A stretch of 63,367 nucleotides of DNA, counting the filler, from Octopus bimaculoides (Eukaryota), in NCBI RefSeq assembly GCF_001194135.2. It is 5 parts of 5 records of this genome, joined end to end, with 100 filler letters (N's around TTAATTAATTAA, not from the genome) between each part and the next. Parts side by side here need not be neighbours in the genome. Positions count along the whole stretch, not along the records: positions 13,324 to 43,919 come from NC_069005.1; 4 more parts are not named here. One strand, written 5' to 3'. The translations under genes and the position numbers were made by a program. The notes under the pieces are model-generated. The model did no database searches. It was not told where the DNA came from and saw only the letters and a program-made list of their open reading frames with translations. Shown here piece after piece: positions 25,806 through 39,676 of this stretch (positions within the stretch are counted from its first letter, which is position 1; every line of letters starts with the position of its first letter).

Positions 25806-25839
<34 letters not shown>

Positions 25840-26615
25840 TATGTATATATATATATATACATATGTATGTATATATGTATGTATATATTTATGTGTGTGC
25901 ATGTATATGATTGAAATTTAGGTTAGTTAAAATATGTCTGTGACCCATTCTAACTTCCAAAGGCAAATTTTGTACAGTTACCGAGAAGAAAAAAAATTCT
26001 CTCTTTTGGTAAAAGATAAAAATATAACACACTCTATATTTACTCAAAATTACACTTTATTGGATTCGCAGGCGCAGTGTTTCTGGCTCTTTACCTTCCT
26101 TCAAAGGGTGATACTGAAGCTAGGCAACTCTCGACAAAAAAATGATTTGCGACATTGGAGCCGTCCCGTCGGGGTAAATTCTTCCCTATGCTTGCAAAGC
26201 TCTCATTAGGCTTACGCGAGCATTAGATTAGTTTAGGTTAGGATGGGTGATCCAAAAGCGCAGCTCGGTCAGTATGTTGACTGACATTAGTTAAAGCTAC
26301 GGCGTTATATCTACCCCGGATACCCTTATCTTCGGTAAAGTTAAAGATGAAGAAACACAGCAGCCGGGAAGGCGACAGAATGCAACACTGGGGAGACATG
26401 ATGCTTTTACATCTTTTACCATAAAAGAAGATTTTTCTCCACGGTAGGTGCCTTTAGGATTTGAAATATGTCACAAACGGGTATTAACTAAAATAAGTTC
26501 CCTTAGGCCCAATCACTGCTTGGCATTGATACTGCTGAACCCACACACAAACAGATACACACACACACACACACAAATATTTGTATATATGTATATATGT
26601 ATATATCTATATATT

Positions 26616-26697
<82 letters not shown>

Positions 26698-27234
26698 TAT
26701 ATACATGTGTGTGTGTATATATATATATAGGCATGCGGCAGCACACGCGGGCAAGCACGCACATACCCATACCTCCTATGCTTTATGGGAACTGTTCTAC
26801 GATAACACACCTGAAAGGGGAATAAGGAAAATGAAAGAAGAGAAAAAAAAATAACACCAAAATGAATCGTAAAAATCAAATATTTCACACAGTTGAATGG
26901 ATTATCGAATTAGTAATAAGAAAACTTATGCCTTTGGATATCTTAGCAGTATGGTGAAAAACCGTTGAAATGGAAACTATTATGAGGATAGACTCTGAGA
27001 ATTCATCCAACATTGAAATCTGCAACAACATACGTATTCTCGTAGAATTTTGTCTTCCAAATATTTTGATATTCTCGCAGAGATGCAGAATATGTTTTGC
27101 TAAGGAAGTTATTCCACAGGCAGATTATAAAAACTATTCCAAGCTGTCTTAAAGAGTCCTCTTAGCCTTTTTTCTTACCTGCTTTAGCATTCGTTACTCT
27201 CACTCTTTCCAATCTTCCACTGTATCTTATTTTC

Positions 27235-27370
27235 ATTATCTATCTATCTATCTATCTATCTGACTCTCTTTCTCTCTGTCTGTCTCTCCCCCCTCTCTCT
27301 CTCTCTATCTATCTATCTATCTGTCTGTCTGACTCTCTTTCTCTCTCTCTCTCTCTATCCCCCCTCTCTC

Positions 27371-27407
<37 letters not shown>

Positions 27408-27423
27408 ATATCTGTCTGTCTGA

Positions 27424-27469
<46 letters not shown>

Positions 27470-27538
27470 GTCTACCTACTTACCTACCTGCCTACTTACC
27501 TATCTATCTCTCTATCAATATATCTATCTATCTGTCTA

Positions 27539-27575
<37 letters not shown>
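27235..27575 (+). repeat. Compound (TCTA)n/(TC)n/(TCTG)n microsatellite
   Basis: Direct reading. Confidence 0.9.
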
Positions 27576-27584
27576 ATACGCATG

Positions 27585-27623
<39 letters not shown>

Positions 27624-28475
27624 CTGTATGTAGTCACATATACAGATTGCGCGTGCGTACTTTTGCTTATATATCTGAATATGTATAAATGTATATGTAG
27701 ACATACAGAAGAAAGAAAGCGGTAGAGAGTGTGTGTGTTGTGAGGTGAACTTGCATGTGTTATTTAAAACCACACACCTTTAGCGCATTGCAAACAATAC
27801 TCGTATATCGGAAAATTAAATCTGAGAGATAATTCGATACACGTTCCTAGCAGTAGAACAATAGGTTATAGATATTTACAGGGTATAAGAATTCAGTACG
27901 AACCACCTTGGTAATTACAGATTTGCATTAAACTGCATGCGTTGCAACAAGTGTTAATTAATTTAAGCATCGTTCAACGTTAGTGTTGATATACATTTAA
28001 GTTAAGTGAATTGTTTCATTAAATACACAATTTACCATATCTTTGACGTGTATTCACTACGGTGAACAACGTGATTCTTCTGCTCAATCGAAAATAGACT
28101 AACCCGACTACTATGGACCCATTTGGCTGAACACTAAGGTTCAGTCCCAAGGCAAACGCGTTTCGTCTTTTTTATTGTCTCTGAAACGTAAGCAGTAACT
28201 TCACTTAGAAATTGAGCGGAAGCCTACATTATAAGTTTACACACACACATACCTTTCGCTGTGCGTTCGTTTCGTATCGCTCGGCGCTTGACATTTTGTG
28301 TAAGTATGCTTAACTTGTATAAGTTAATATTGAAATGAAAAAGAAATATGCTGATAACACAAATATCAGATTTAGAAAACAACTACTTATTTCGGTTTGC
28401 TTCAGTAATTCAAAGAAAACCAACCTCTTGGCTGGAATGCAATCAGGATTACGACTAAGAATAAAAGAAATGAGT

Positions 28476-28672
28476 TTATTCTTTTATTTGTGTCAGTCAT
28501 TGGACTGCGGCCATGCTGGAGCACCGCCTTTAGTCGAATAAATCAACCCGCAGACTTATTCTTTGTAAGCCTAGTACTTATTCTACCGGTCTATTTTGCC
28601 GAACCGATAAGTTACAGGTAACGTGAACACACCAACATCGGTTGTCAAGTGATAGCGGGGGTACAAACACAG

Positions 28673-28703
<31 letters not shown>

Positions 28704-28878
28704 TATATATATATATATGTATATTTACAACGGCCTTCTTTCAGTTTCCATCTACCTAATCCACTCACAAGGATTTGGTCGGCTCGAGGCTACAGTAGAA
28801 GGCACTTGCCCAAGGTGCCACTCAGTGGGACTGAACCCGGAACTATGTGGTTGGTCAGCAAGGAAGTCCTTATATCAC
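28476..28878 (-). mobile_element. Family B tRNA-derived SINE, near full length
   Basis: Reverse complement is collinear with 24914-25290, including ccacatagttccgggttcagtcccactgagtggcaccttgggcaagt. Confidence 0.85.
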
Positions 28879-29467
28879 ATGTGAAGAATGTACGAAGATC
28901 ATGACGAAAAAGTTTCGCTTTACGTTGGTACTTCACAATATGGAAACCGAACGTGAATGTTAATAGCGTGGCTGTGTTTCATCATATTTGAATAGCAATG
29001 CGGTGGTTACGACGTTAAATAATACGCTTTATTGCTTTCTTACATTTAGTAGTAATGTTTTTACTACTATTGCTGCTTTGTTGCTGTTGCAAGAGGCCCT
29101 GGCTGAGTGCCGTCATGATAAAATGCCTTCAGCCCTTGTTAAACTACGTATTCTGACCCCCTGTAGTAACTAGACTGCATTACCAAGATTGAAGTCTCAT
29201 TTCCTTTCTAATACTATAATGTGTGATTGATGATTGACGTATCAAACAATCTGGTAGGAGCTTCCTGTCGTCTCGTTCTCTATTTATCATCAGGCGCGTT
29301 TATACTCTAAACCGCATTAACAACAATAACTGTTAAACCTGATTTTCCTGTTTTACTGTCCTATTTAGAAGCAAATCGGCGTTGGTCCGGAGGGAGACAT
29401 TGCTCTTCCTATCTTCCATGCTTGTTATTCCTATAACTCTAACTTTATTATGAAATTCAGGTTCAAA

Positions 29468-29725
29468 AATTTGTTGCAAGATTCTTGATGTGAAGCCGTA
29501 TATTGAAACAGGTATTGTTGTATTTCGTGACGGTTACTTATTACTTTTTTTTTTGCGAAATAAACACACGCACTATATACTCGTTTTTCATTCGTTTTTT
29601 ACTGAACTTATTCTATCGCATGTCCAGAAATCTTTCGTTACACATCTGCGACCTCTTCAGAGACACCTTCCGTCGTAATGTGTGCTCTTGCTCTGCTTAC
29701 ATAATTCCTTATCTGTTAAATATAG
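29468..29725 (-). mobile_element. Second fragment of the PLE pLTR family (homologous to 10647-10915)
   Basis: Reverse complement shares cagataaggaa, taagcagagca.gag.gcacac, the hammerhead block, cgaatgaa.aacga.tatatagtgcgtgt.tttattt.gcaaaa, ctgtttcaa and gaatcttgcaaca with the 10.7-kb copy. Confidence 0.8.
29621..29665 (-). ncRNA. Minimal hammerhead ribozyme-like motif, second copy
   Basis: Minus strand: tgtct-CTGAAGA-G-gtcgca-gatg-tgtaac-GAAA-gatt-TC-tggaca. Stem I tgtct/ggaca can pair with a one-nucleotide offset. Stem II has one mismatch and one wobble. Confidence 0.6.
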
Positions 29726-30666
29726 GACTAAATTGTTGCTAATACTAAACTACTACATCGCTAGAAATAAGAGTTAAAAATCTCTTAGAGCCGCTAAGAA
29801 GGGCATGCATATATTGGAATATTCCGGCTGTTAGCTGTGTGTACGTATTGACGAACTACTCAACAATTCTTTGTAGGATTCTATTCTTTAATGTGAGGGA
29901 AGGAACATGAAGAGGCCCGACCAGAGACAGCAAGGATTTGGTAAGATCATAGTAGTTTTGTTGGGCATTGATCACAGTTCCAAGGTGTCTCTGTGAGGTG
30001 GGGAAATTAACGCTGGACAAATTGTTAATTTTGTTTATGTATTTTATTAATATGGCAACTCTCATTTGAAGTATACCCTCCGGCTTTGACTGTGATGCTG
30101 AAAAAGTTGAAATCTTGCAAGTCAACGAACCTCATTACTCGAATCAGATACGTATAGAGCAATGTTTTGAATTCAATGTGGAGAAACGTTTACAAAAAAA
30201 AACAACAAAAATTGAATTAAACATCTTATTCAGTTAATACTCTTTGCCGCAATACACGTACAAAGACTTAATTATAACTAAAATTAACTTACGGAAATAT
30301 ACGTGCACGCGGGCACAAACACCTCTATGTATGNNNNNNNNNNNNNNNNNNNNNNNNNNNNNNNNNNNNNNNNNNNNNNNNNNNNNNNNNNNNNNNNNNN
30401 NNNNNNNNNNNNNNNNNNNNNNNNNNNNNNNNNNNNNNNNNNNNNNNNNNNNNNNNNNNNNNNNNNNNNNNNNNNNNNNNNNNNNNNNNNNNNNNNNNNN
30501 NNNNNNNNNNNNNNNNNNNNNNNNNNNNNNNNNNNNNNNNNNNNNNNNNNNNNNNNNNNNNNNNNNNNNNNNNNNNNNNNNNNNNNNNNNNNNNNNNNNN
30601 NNNNNNNNNNNNNNNNNNNNNNNNNNNNNNNNNNNNNNNNNNNNNNNNNNNNNNNNNNNNNNNNNN

Positions 30667-30702
<36 letters not shown>

Positions 30703-30706
<4 letters not shown>

Positions 30707-30900
30707 TGAGTGTGTGCCTGTTTGTCCCCCCACCATCAACTGACAGCCGATGTTGGTGTGCTTACTTCCCCATAACCTAGTGGTCCGGCATAAGCGACAG
30801 ATAGAATAAGTACTAGGCTTACAAAGAATAAATCCTGGGGTCGATTTTTTCGACTAAAGGCAGTGCTCCAGCATGGCCGCAGTCACATGACTGAAAAAAA
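30703..30900 (+). mobile_element. Family B SINE 3' half (head presumably in the gap)
   Basis: tttgtcccccaccatc...gatagaataagtactaggcttacaaagaataa...ggcagtgctccagcatggccgcagtcacatgactgaaa. Confidence 0.85.
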
Positions 30901-31254
30901 ATAATATAATATATATATACACATTGTTAAGCTTTATATACGTAAATTTCTTCATGCGCGTGCGAATATCATTTTATGCCAATGTGTGTTTCAGTTATGA
31001 TTGATTACGTTGCGATTCATCGACGCTTAAAGAATCGCTGATATGTTATTTTAATTGGGAACTGAATGGTATAGTGCGGTGTTGGGTGGTTGACGTATTT
31101 ATCTTCGGATTTTGACTTATGATTGATAATCGGAATAAACAATGCCAACAACTCAGATATCTATCGAGATATCGATTTGCTTCTCTCATTGACTCTCTGT
31201 CTTGGCGTTTGTATCCTTGTTTATCATTTTCTCATTCTGTTTGTATGTCAGTCA

Positions 31255-31640
31255 GTCTGTCTGTCTGTTTATTTGTCTCTCTCTCTCTCTCTCTCGCTCT
31301 CTCTCTCCCTCTTTCTCTCTCTCTCTCTCTCTCTCTCCCTCTTTCTCTCTCTCTCTCTCTCTCTTTTCGGCTCTCTCTCCCTTTGGCTCTCGGCTCTCTC
31401 TCTCTCTCTTTAGCTCTCTTTCCCTTTGACTCTCTCTCTCTCTCACTCTCCCTTTGGCTCTGTCTCTCTCTCTCTATCTCTCTGTCTCTGTCTCTCTCTC
31501 TCTCTCTTTGGCTCTCTCTCTATCCGTGATGATAAATGTACACATATATACCAGCGAACGTCTACCTAACGAACGCGCACATGTACATATACATATAAAT
31601 ATATTCGCAACGAGTGTGTGTTTCTGAGAGAAAAATAGAC

Positions 31641-31689
<49 letters not shown>

Positions 31690-31900
31690 TATTGATAGAT
31701 AGATAGATAGATAGAAAGATGGATAGATAGATAGATGGATAGATAGATAGATAGATAGATAGATAGAAAGATGGATAGATAGATAGATAGATAGAAAGAT
31801 GGATAGATAGATAGATAGATAGAGCGAGAGAGAGAGAGAGAGAGAGAGAGATGGATGGGTGGACGGATAGATAGATAGATATATAGATAGATAGATCAAG
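31255..31900 (+). repeat. (TC)n-rich tract and (GATA)n microsatellite arrays
   Basis: Direct reading. Confidence 0.9.
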
Positions 31901-32137
31901 AGTTCGATAAATATACAGTGTAAGCGTGGGAGAGAGAGTTAGGTGATGAAATCAAATGAAAGCACTGCACCAGTATGGCTGTAATCCAATGATTGAAGCC
32001 GGCAAAAGTATGCTAATATAAATGAGTCTCTATATGGCTACCTACACATCCACACATATGGGCACACACACGAATACGCATCCGCATTAGTGGCTGCGAG
32101 TTACATTTATATACTCAATTTGATAGGCGTTTTTGCA

Positions 32138-32197
<60 letters not shown>

Positions 32198-32486
32198 ATC
32201 TACATGCTTATATATATATATATATAAATATATATAGGCATGTAGATAAGATAGAGAAATAGAGAGATCTATTCCTTGTGTTGTTATGTGTGTGTATATA
32301 ATTTAGCGGAAATTAGTTGATGGACTATATTTGTCTGCCAAATGGCACCTCCCTTCTGTTGCTCACCACCTCTACCATCACATAATCGTCATTCCCCTGT
32401 AATTACACCATCCTTCCCTTGTTCCTGTCCCCTCCTCCTCCTCCTCATACTACTACAACTACTACTACTGCTGCTGCTGCTGCTGG

Positions 32487-32517
<31 letters not shown>

Positions 32518-32614
32518 GGTGCTGCCGCTGCCGCTGTACGATTACGATTGTTCTTGTACTGCTTACTCTACACCTACTAATACTACTGATAGTACTACTA
32601 AAACAACAATAATA

Positions 32615-32770
32615 ACAACAGGAATGATATTGACTTTTGGCAGAACGACAGCAATTTCGAGGGAGGGGTTGAGTCGATTCCATCGATCTCAGTGCTCATC
32701 TGGTACTTACTTTATCGACCCCGAAAGGATGAAAGATAAAACGGACAGTGTTGCATTGGATTGAATCGAA
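32615..32770 (-). mobile_element. Family A SINE 3' fragment
   Basis: Reverse complement ctttcatcctttcggggtcgataaagtaagtaccag...gatcgatggaatcgact. Confidence 0.7.
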
Positions 32771-33361
32771 TAATCATTGCAAACAAATTTGTGACCGAGT
32801 GTTTAGGAGACATAATTTTTATGCAAATATCAGCCATTAAATTTCAATGAAAATCTACGATTCAGATATTTTGAACTGCTAAAATAGTATATAAGGAGGA
32901 GATGGTTTAATTCCCATAACAGGATATCGGTTCGATGTAATTTCGAAAGAAATGGAAGCCATTGTGCAAACAGCTACATGTGCACACTCACACGCACAAC
33001 ACAAATTCATATATATATATATNNNNNNNNNNNNNNNNNNNNNNNNNNNNNNNNNNNNNNNNNNNNNNNNNNNNNNNNNNNNNNNNNNNNNNNNNNNNNN
33101 NNNNNNNNNNNNNNNNNNNNNNNNNNNNNNNNNNNNNNNNNNNNNNNNNNNNNNNNNNNNNNNNNNNNNNNNNNNNNNNNNNNNNNNNNNNNNNNNNNNN
33201 NNNNNNNNNNNNNNNNNNNNNNNNNNNNNNNNNNNNNNNNNNNNNNNNNNNNNNNNNNNNNNNNNNNNNNNNNNNNNNNNNNNNNNNNNNNNNNNNNNNN
33301 NNNNNTATATATATATATACATATATATACATACTTGAATACATGCACACTTATATAAGTG

Positions 33362-33410
<49 letters not shown>

Positions 33411-34091
33411 ATGTATATACGTTTATTTATACATATGTATACACACGCACACATATATGTGCGATTATATACATATGTACATGCACACACACACATAGAA
33501 ATGTATACACCCATACGCATACAGACACACATATGTATACATATATACATACGTGTTCGTATTCAGCTAGTTAATAGAATTGCAAGAAGCGGTCACAAGA
33601 GAATCCTAATAAAACGAAAAATGTCGAAAATTTCTTTAGCAAACGAATAATGTTATCTAATAGTGATATCATCTTTAACCCTTTTGTCGCTATTCTTTAT
33701 ATTGAAGACTTATTTCTTGAATATTTATGTGTGAAGAATTGCTTTAAAATTAAAATTACCATTAATCTGATTTGTCAGAAACCAAAGATTCTTGTTTTCT
33801 AATTATTTCTATTTTACTTGTCACAGCTATTGCAGAACAGCTATGTTTGGTTAACGCTTTCAAGAGTAGCGAAGACATTTATCAGAGTTCTATTTCTTAT
33901 CTGGTACTCAGCCTATTGGCGTATTTTGCCAAACCCAAAGGTTAAGTGGGGCTAGACAAACAAATAACGACTGGCAACCGGTATTTGGAGCAATCTCTCT
34001 TTCTCTCTCTCTCTCTCAAATACAGACATATATATGTATACATACACATGCACACATACACACACACACACATACACACACACACACACAT

Positions 34092-34153
<62 letters not shown>

Positions 34154-34900
34154 CCTGTGTCAGATTTCGCCTAACAAATCTACAAACAAGAATTTGGTTA
34201 TCCTAGAGCTTTATTCGAAAATAGTCACCCGAAGTGCCACGCAGCGGAACTCAACCCACAGCCTNNNNNNNNNNNNNNNNNNNNNNNNNNNNNNNNNNNN
34301 NNNNNNNNNNNNNNNNNNNNNNNNNNNNNNNNNNNNNNNNNNNNNNNNNNNNNNNNNNNNNNNNNNNNNNNNNNNNNNNNNNNNNNNNNNNNNNNNNNNN
34401 NNNNNNNNNNNNNNNNNNNNNNNNNNNNNNNNNNNNNNNNNNNNNNNNNNNNNNNNNNNNNNNNNNNNNNNNNNNNNNNNNNNNNNNNNNNNNNNNNNNN
34501 NNNNNNNNNNNNNNNNNNNNNNNNNNNNNNNNNNNNNNNNNNNNNNNNNNNNNNNNNNNNNNNNNNNNNNNNNNNNNNNNNNNNNNNNNNNNNNNNNNNN
34601 NNNNNNNNNNNNNNNNNNNNNNNNNNNNNNNNNNNNNNNNNNNNNNNNNNNNNNNNNNNNNNNNNNNNNNNNNNNNNNNNNNNNNNNNNNNNNNNNNNNN
34701 NNNNNNNNNNNNNNNNNNNNNNNNNNNNNNNNNNNNNNNNNNNNNNNNNNNNNNNNNNNNNNNNNNNNNNNNNNNNNNNNNNNNNNNNNNNNNNNNNNNN
34801 NNNNNNNNNNNNNNNNNNNNNNNNNNNNNNNNNNNNNNNNNNNNNNNNNNNNNNNNNNNNNNNNNNNNNNNNNNNNNNNNNNNNNNNNNNNNNNNNNNNN

Positions 34901-35020
34901 AAACCCAGCACCTGTCAAACCCAGCACCTGTCAAACCCAGCACCTGTCAAACCCAGCACCTGTCAAACCCAGCACTCGTCAAACCCAGCACCTGTCAAAC
35001 CAGCACTCGTCAAACCAGCG
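34901..35020 (+). repeat. 16-bp minisatellite (aaacccagcacctgtc / aaacccagcactcgtc), probably extending into the 636-N gap
   Basis: About seven units visible starting at the gap edge. Confidence 0.9.
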
Positions 35021-35894
35021 ACTGCACCTGAAAATTAATGTAATGACCATAGTAACAGGAAGTAATAACGCGGTCTTTACAACCAGCGAGAGAAAAAAAA
35101 TATGGAGAAAATGTTTTGTCCCTTGTCTCCTGATCCAAAGCTGAATATAAATACCGTTCTTGATATTTTCTCCGAATCAACACATTTGCATCTAGCCATT
35201 TTGTATCAGATATAAAAATAGGAAAAGAAAGAAAAAACATAATATATAGAACGTTTATTTTGAATCAGCTTATTGCAGCTAACGGCAAATTTTAGCATAT
35301 TCAGCTATTTAGTTATCTTCTTAAGACGTCGATAGAGGAAGCGGCCATATCTTCCCCGAATTATACTGTAGCGGCTTGAAACAACTGGGAACTCAGAATA
35401 ATACTGTAGCCCTAGTTAGGCAATACCTGAGATAAAGAAGAGTTTGGAATGCGTTTTAGTATAATACTCTTCTGTCACGGTTGACCAGTGCCTAATCACT
35501 TTCATAGCATTACACGTCTCAAATATAATCCCTACACATTTACAAATCCCTTATTGGTTTTTCCCCATAAACACACATCAAGATATTCTAAGGAATCACT
35601 TATAATCCGAAGAAACCAATAGATTTACACGTTTTGTACATATTTGATCATCTGCCGTATGCTGAAACAGAAAATTGACTGCGATCAGAATTCGATCCAT
35701 AAAGTTGAAAAGTAAACCGTAATTTTATGTGAAAATAACAAAGCTGCTTCTACATGCTCACCGGAATTGTTAAGAACAGAAGCCAACTGTCTTTCAAGCT
35801 ACAATATATGGCGTTGAAAATGGAAGATGAGCTGACACATGGTACTGTGTGGTTGTCGATATATAAATATAAGTAATTTCTCGGTATTCACCTA

Positions 35895-36355
35895 ACGTAA
35901 AACTAACACTAACGTAAAAGCGGTGTTATTGTATGGGGCTGAGACATAGAGAACAACAGTTAAGTCAAATAAGCAAATACAATCATTCATGAACAAGTGC
36001 TTGCGTAGTATACTTAAAATCAGATGGCCCGAACACATAAGCAATATGGAGCTATGGCAAAGAACGAATCAAGTTCCGATTAGAGAGCAAATATTTAAGA
36101 AAAAGTGGAAGTGGATTGGTAGCACAATTAGAAAGGACACACCAAATGTAGCGAAAAGCGCTTTACAGTGGAATCCGGAAGGATTTAGAAAGAGGGGTAG
36201 GCCTAAGAACACGTGGCGTAGATCAACACAGAAGGAACTAGAGTAAGGGGGACATTCATGGCAGAGTATAAGTACAGAAGCGAGAAATTATGCGACATGG
36301 AATTCAATTATAAGTGGCCTATACTCCGTGTTGGAGGGTTAAAGACAAGAAGAAG
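35895..36355 (+). mobile_element. 5'-truncated RTE-clade LINE with (AAG)n tail and 20-bp TSD
   Basis: NVKAVLLYGAET*RTT...[26 protein letters not shown]...WIG..IRK...[27 protein letters not shown] aatttctcggtattca(c/a)cta at 35875-35894 and 36356-36375. Confidence 0.92.
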
Positions 36356-37140
36356 AATTTCTCGGTATTCAACTAGATGAAGTCAAAATCTGGCGGTTAA
36401 GAATGCAAAATTTTATCTCATATTTTTATATAGTCGGAGCCTACATAGAGCTAACACACCACAAAATTAGAACTAGTACCACAAGTATAAGTACAGGAGA
36501 AATATATACTACTAAGTATACACGAAACTTCAAAATAGTAGCATACAGCCTCAACAAAACTATCGAAACAAGTCACACAGATAAATAATAATAGTGAAAA
36601 GCATAGAAGAAACAAGAGCTGAAAGAAAATCATCATCATCCACGTAAACAGTAATTAAATCCAATAGTCATAACAACAAGCAAAATATCAACGTTAGCTA
36701 GTGTGCTACGAGAACAAAAATAGTACTGATAGTACTGATAGAGAAATATATGCATAGATGCACATATGTGTATATATATGTGTGTAGATGTACATGTGTG
36801 TGTATGCGTGAGTGTGTGCATGTGTGTGGGATTGTGCACGCGTCTATGTGTGTGTGTGAATGTTTTTATGTGAATGAGCATGTTCCGTGATTTCCAAAAA
36901 TTAAGATAATTTTATGCTCTCCAAAACACAAACACCTGTTTCACTTCAGGGTTAAAATATCGCATACTTACAAAAGCAGCTACGCGCGTACATTTCTACA
37001 CAAACGAACACCCACGTACACACATGCAGACATGCAGACACACACAAATACACATACGCATATACACACAGATATATATATACATGTGCATGTGTGTGCA
37101 CATGTCTGCATGCATATATATATATATATATGTACATGTG

Positions 37141-37189
<49 letters not shown>

Positions 37190-37942
37190 NNNNNNNNNNN
37201 NNNNNNNNNNNNNNNNNNNNNNNNNNNNNNNNNNNNNNNNNNNNNNNNNNNNNNNNNNNNNNNNNNNNNNNNNNNNNNNNNNNNNNNNNNNNNNNNNNNN
37301 NNNNNNNNNNNNNNNNNNNNNNNNNNNNNNNNNNNNNNNNNNNNNNNNNNNNNNNNNNNNNNNNNNNNNNNNNNNNNNNNNNNNNNNNNNNNNNNNNNNN
37401 NNNNNNNNNNNNNNNNNNNNNNNNNNNNNNNNNNNNNNNNNNNNNNNNNNNNNNNNNNNNNNNNNNNNNNNNNNNNNNNNNNNNNNNNNNNNNNNNNNNN
37501 NNNNNNNNNNNNNNNNNNNNNNNNNNNNNNNNNNNNNNNNNNNNNNNNNNNNNNNNNNNNNNNNNNNNNNNNNNNNNNNNNNNNNNNNNNNNNNNNNNNN
37601 NNNNNNNNNNNNNNNNNNNNNNNNNNNNNNNNNNNNNNNNNNNNNNNNNNNNNNNNNNNNNNNNNNNNNNNNNNNNNNNNNNNNNNNNNNNNNNNNNNNN
37701 NNNNNNNNNNNNNNNNNNNNNNNNNNNNNNNNNNNNNNNNNNNNNNNNNNNNNNNNNNNNNNNNNNNNNNNNNNNNNNNNNNNNNNNNNNNNNNNNNNNN
37801 NNNNNNNNNNNNNNNNNNNNNNNNNNNNNNNNNNNNNNNNNNNNNNNNNNNNNNNNNNNNNNNNNNNNNNNNNNNNNNNNNNNNNNNNNNNNNNNNNNNN
37901 NNNNNNNNNNNNNNNNNNNNNNNNNNNNNNNNNNNNNNNNNN

Positions 37943-37996
<54 letters not shown>

Positions 37997-38066
37997 GATA
38001 ATAATAATAATAATAAGAAGAAGAAATAAGAATAATAAAAATAATAATAATAATAATAATAATAAC

Positions 38067-38138
<72 letters not shown>

Positions 38139-38531
38139 AAGAAGAAGAAGAAGAAGAAGAAGAAGAAGAATAGTAACGATGTTAATAACGATAATATTGA
38201 AATTAATCTGGATATTTCAACCTTCTTGTCATGATTCTCACTTGTAGGAGAGAAATTATGTTAATATTATGCGTAATTTAAGCTATAATAATATAAATTC
38301 TGATTGTTCTACTTCGTCTTATTATTATTGTGGTTGTTGTTTTTCTTGATATTATCGTCGTCGTCCTCCTCCTCCTCCTCCTCCTCCTCATCATCATCAT
38401 CATCATAATCATCATCATCAACGATATCATTATTATTATTATCATTATTGTTACTCCTATTGTTATCTTTATTACTAGTGTTGTTATTATTATTATCATG
38501 ATAATAATAATAATTATTGTTATTATTATTA

Positions 38532-38569
<38 letters not shown>

Positions 38570-38640
38570 TTTATTTTCATTATTGCTGTTGTTGTTGCCT
38601 TTGTTGCCGCTGTTTCTGTTATTGTTGTTGTTATGGTTGA
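37943..38640 (+). repeat. Compound trinucleotide array (TAC)n-(TAA)n-(GAA)n followed by degenerate (ATT)/(CAT)/(CCT)
   Basis: Direct reading. Confidence 0.9.
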
Positions 38641-39472
38641 TGTTCTTCTCGTTTTTTAGTGGTTATGGTCATCATGAGTGTGTTTATCATTCCATTTTTA
38701 ATATGGTGTATTCTATTGCAAAATGACAACAACACAAAAAAAAAGACAAAGGATACAATAACCAAAAAAAAAAAAAACCGCGACGTTAGTTTGAATAGAT
38801 TTAAATTATCGAAAGGATTATCAGACATAAAAAAAAATCATATGAAAATTTAAGGCTTCTCCTATAATTCTGAAAATTCAATTAAATCCCCGTTCACATT
38901 TTGATTATCGATTTGAGGAAAATATAAAAACACAACATGGCTGCATTTAATGTTTTTAAAAAATATTTTTTAAATTTTATTATTAGTCGTCTAACTATTG
39001 TGGGTTGTTGTAAGGCATCACAGCATTCCCCCACCACACGCTTATCCGTGTTTTTAGAGCATTCACTACAGATTGAATGATCTGTGTCTTCCTATTGTAT
39101 ATCTTTAAATCAATGGTTGGATGCGATATCAGCAGATTGATAAGAATAGAGTACGCAGATTTCTCGCTATAGATCACTTTTCCTCTAGCCTTATAATATA
39201 TACAATTTTTCTCTTATACATTGACGTTAACAACTGCACAACCCCCAGTATTTTCTGTATTTAGACGAATAGTAAACTCTATACATACTACATTGCTTGT
39301 ATTTTCTCAGAAACACGCCATATTTTCATAATTTAATGCTGATAAGCACGAGAAACATGTGCCTTTCAGGCCTTGTGAGAACGGTGAGCAAGAATTTATC
39401 TAACTTGTTCATCCTTTAATTTTCTGCAGCCATACAGCGACAAATCAACGTAACACAAATTCTCAAACAGTG

Positions 39473-39517
<45 letters not shown>

Positions 39518-39639
39518 NNNNNNNNNNNNNNNNNNNNNNNNNNNNNNNNNNNNNNNNNNNNNNNNNNNNNNNNNNNNNNNNNNNNNNNNNNNNNNNNNNN
39601 NNNNNNNNNNNNNNNNNNNNNNNNNNNNNNNNNNNNNNN

Positions 39640-39676
<37 letters not shown>

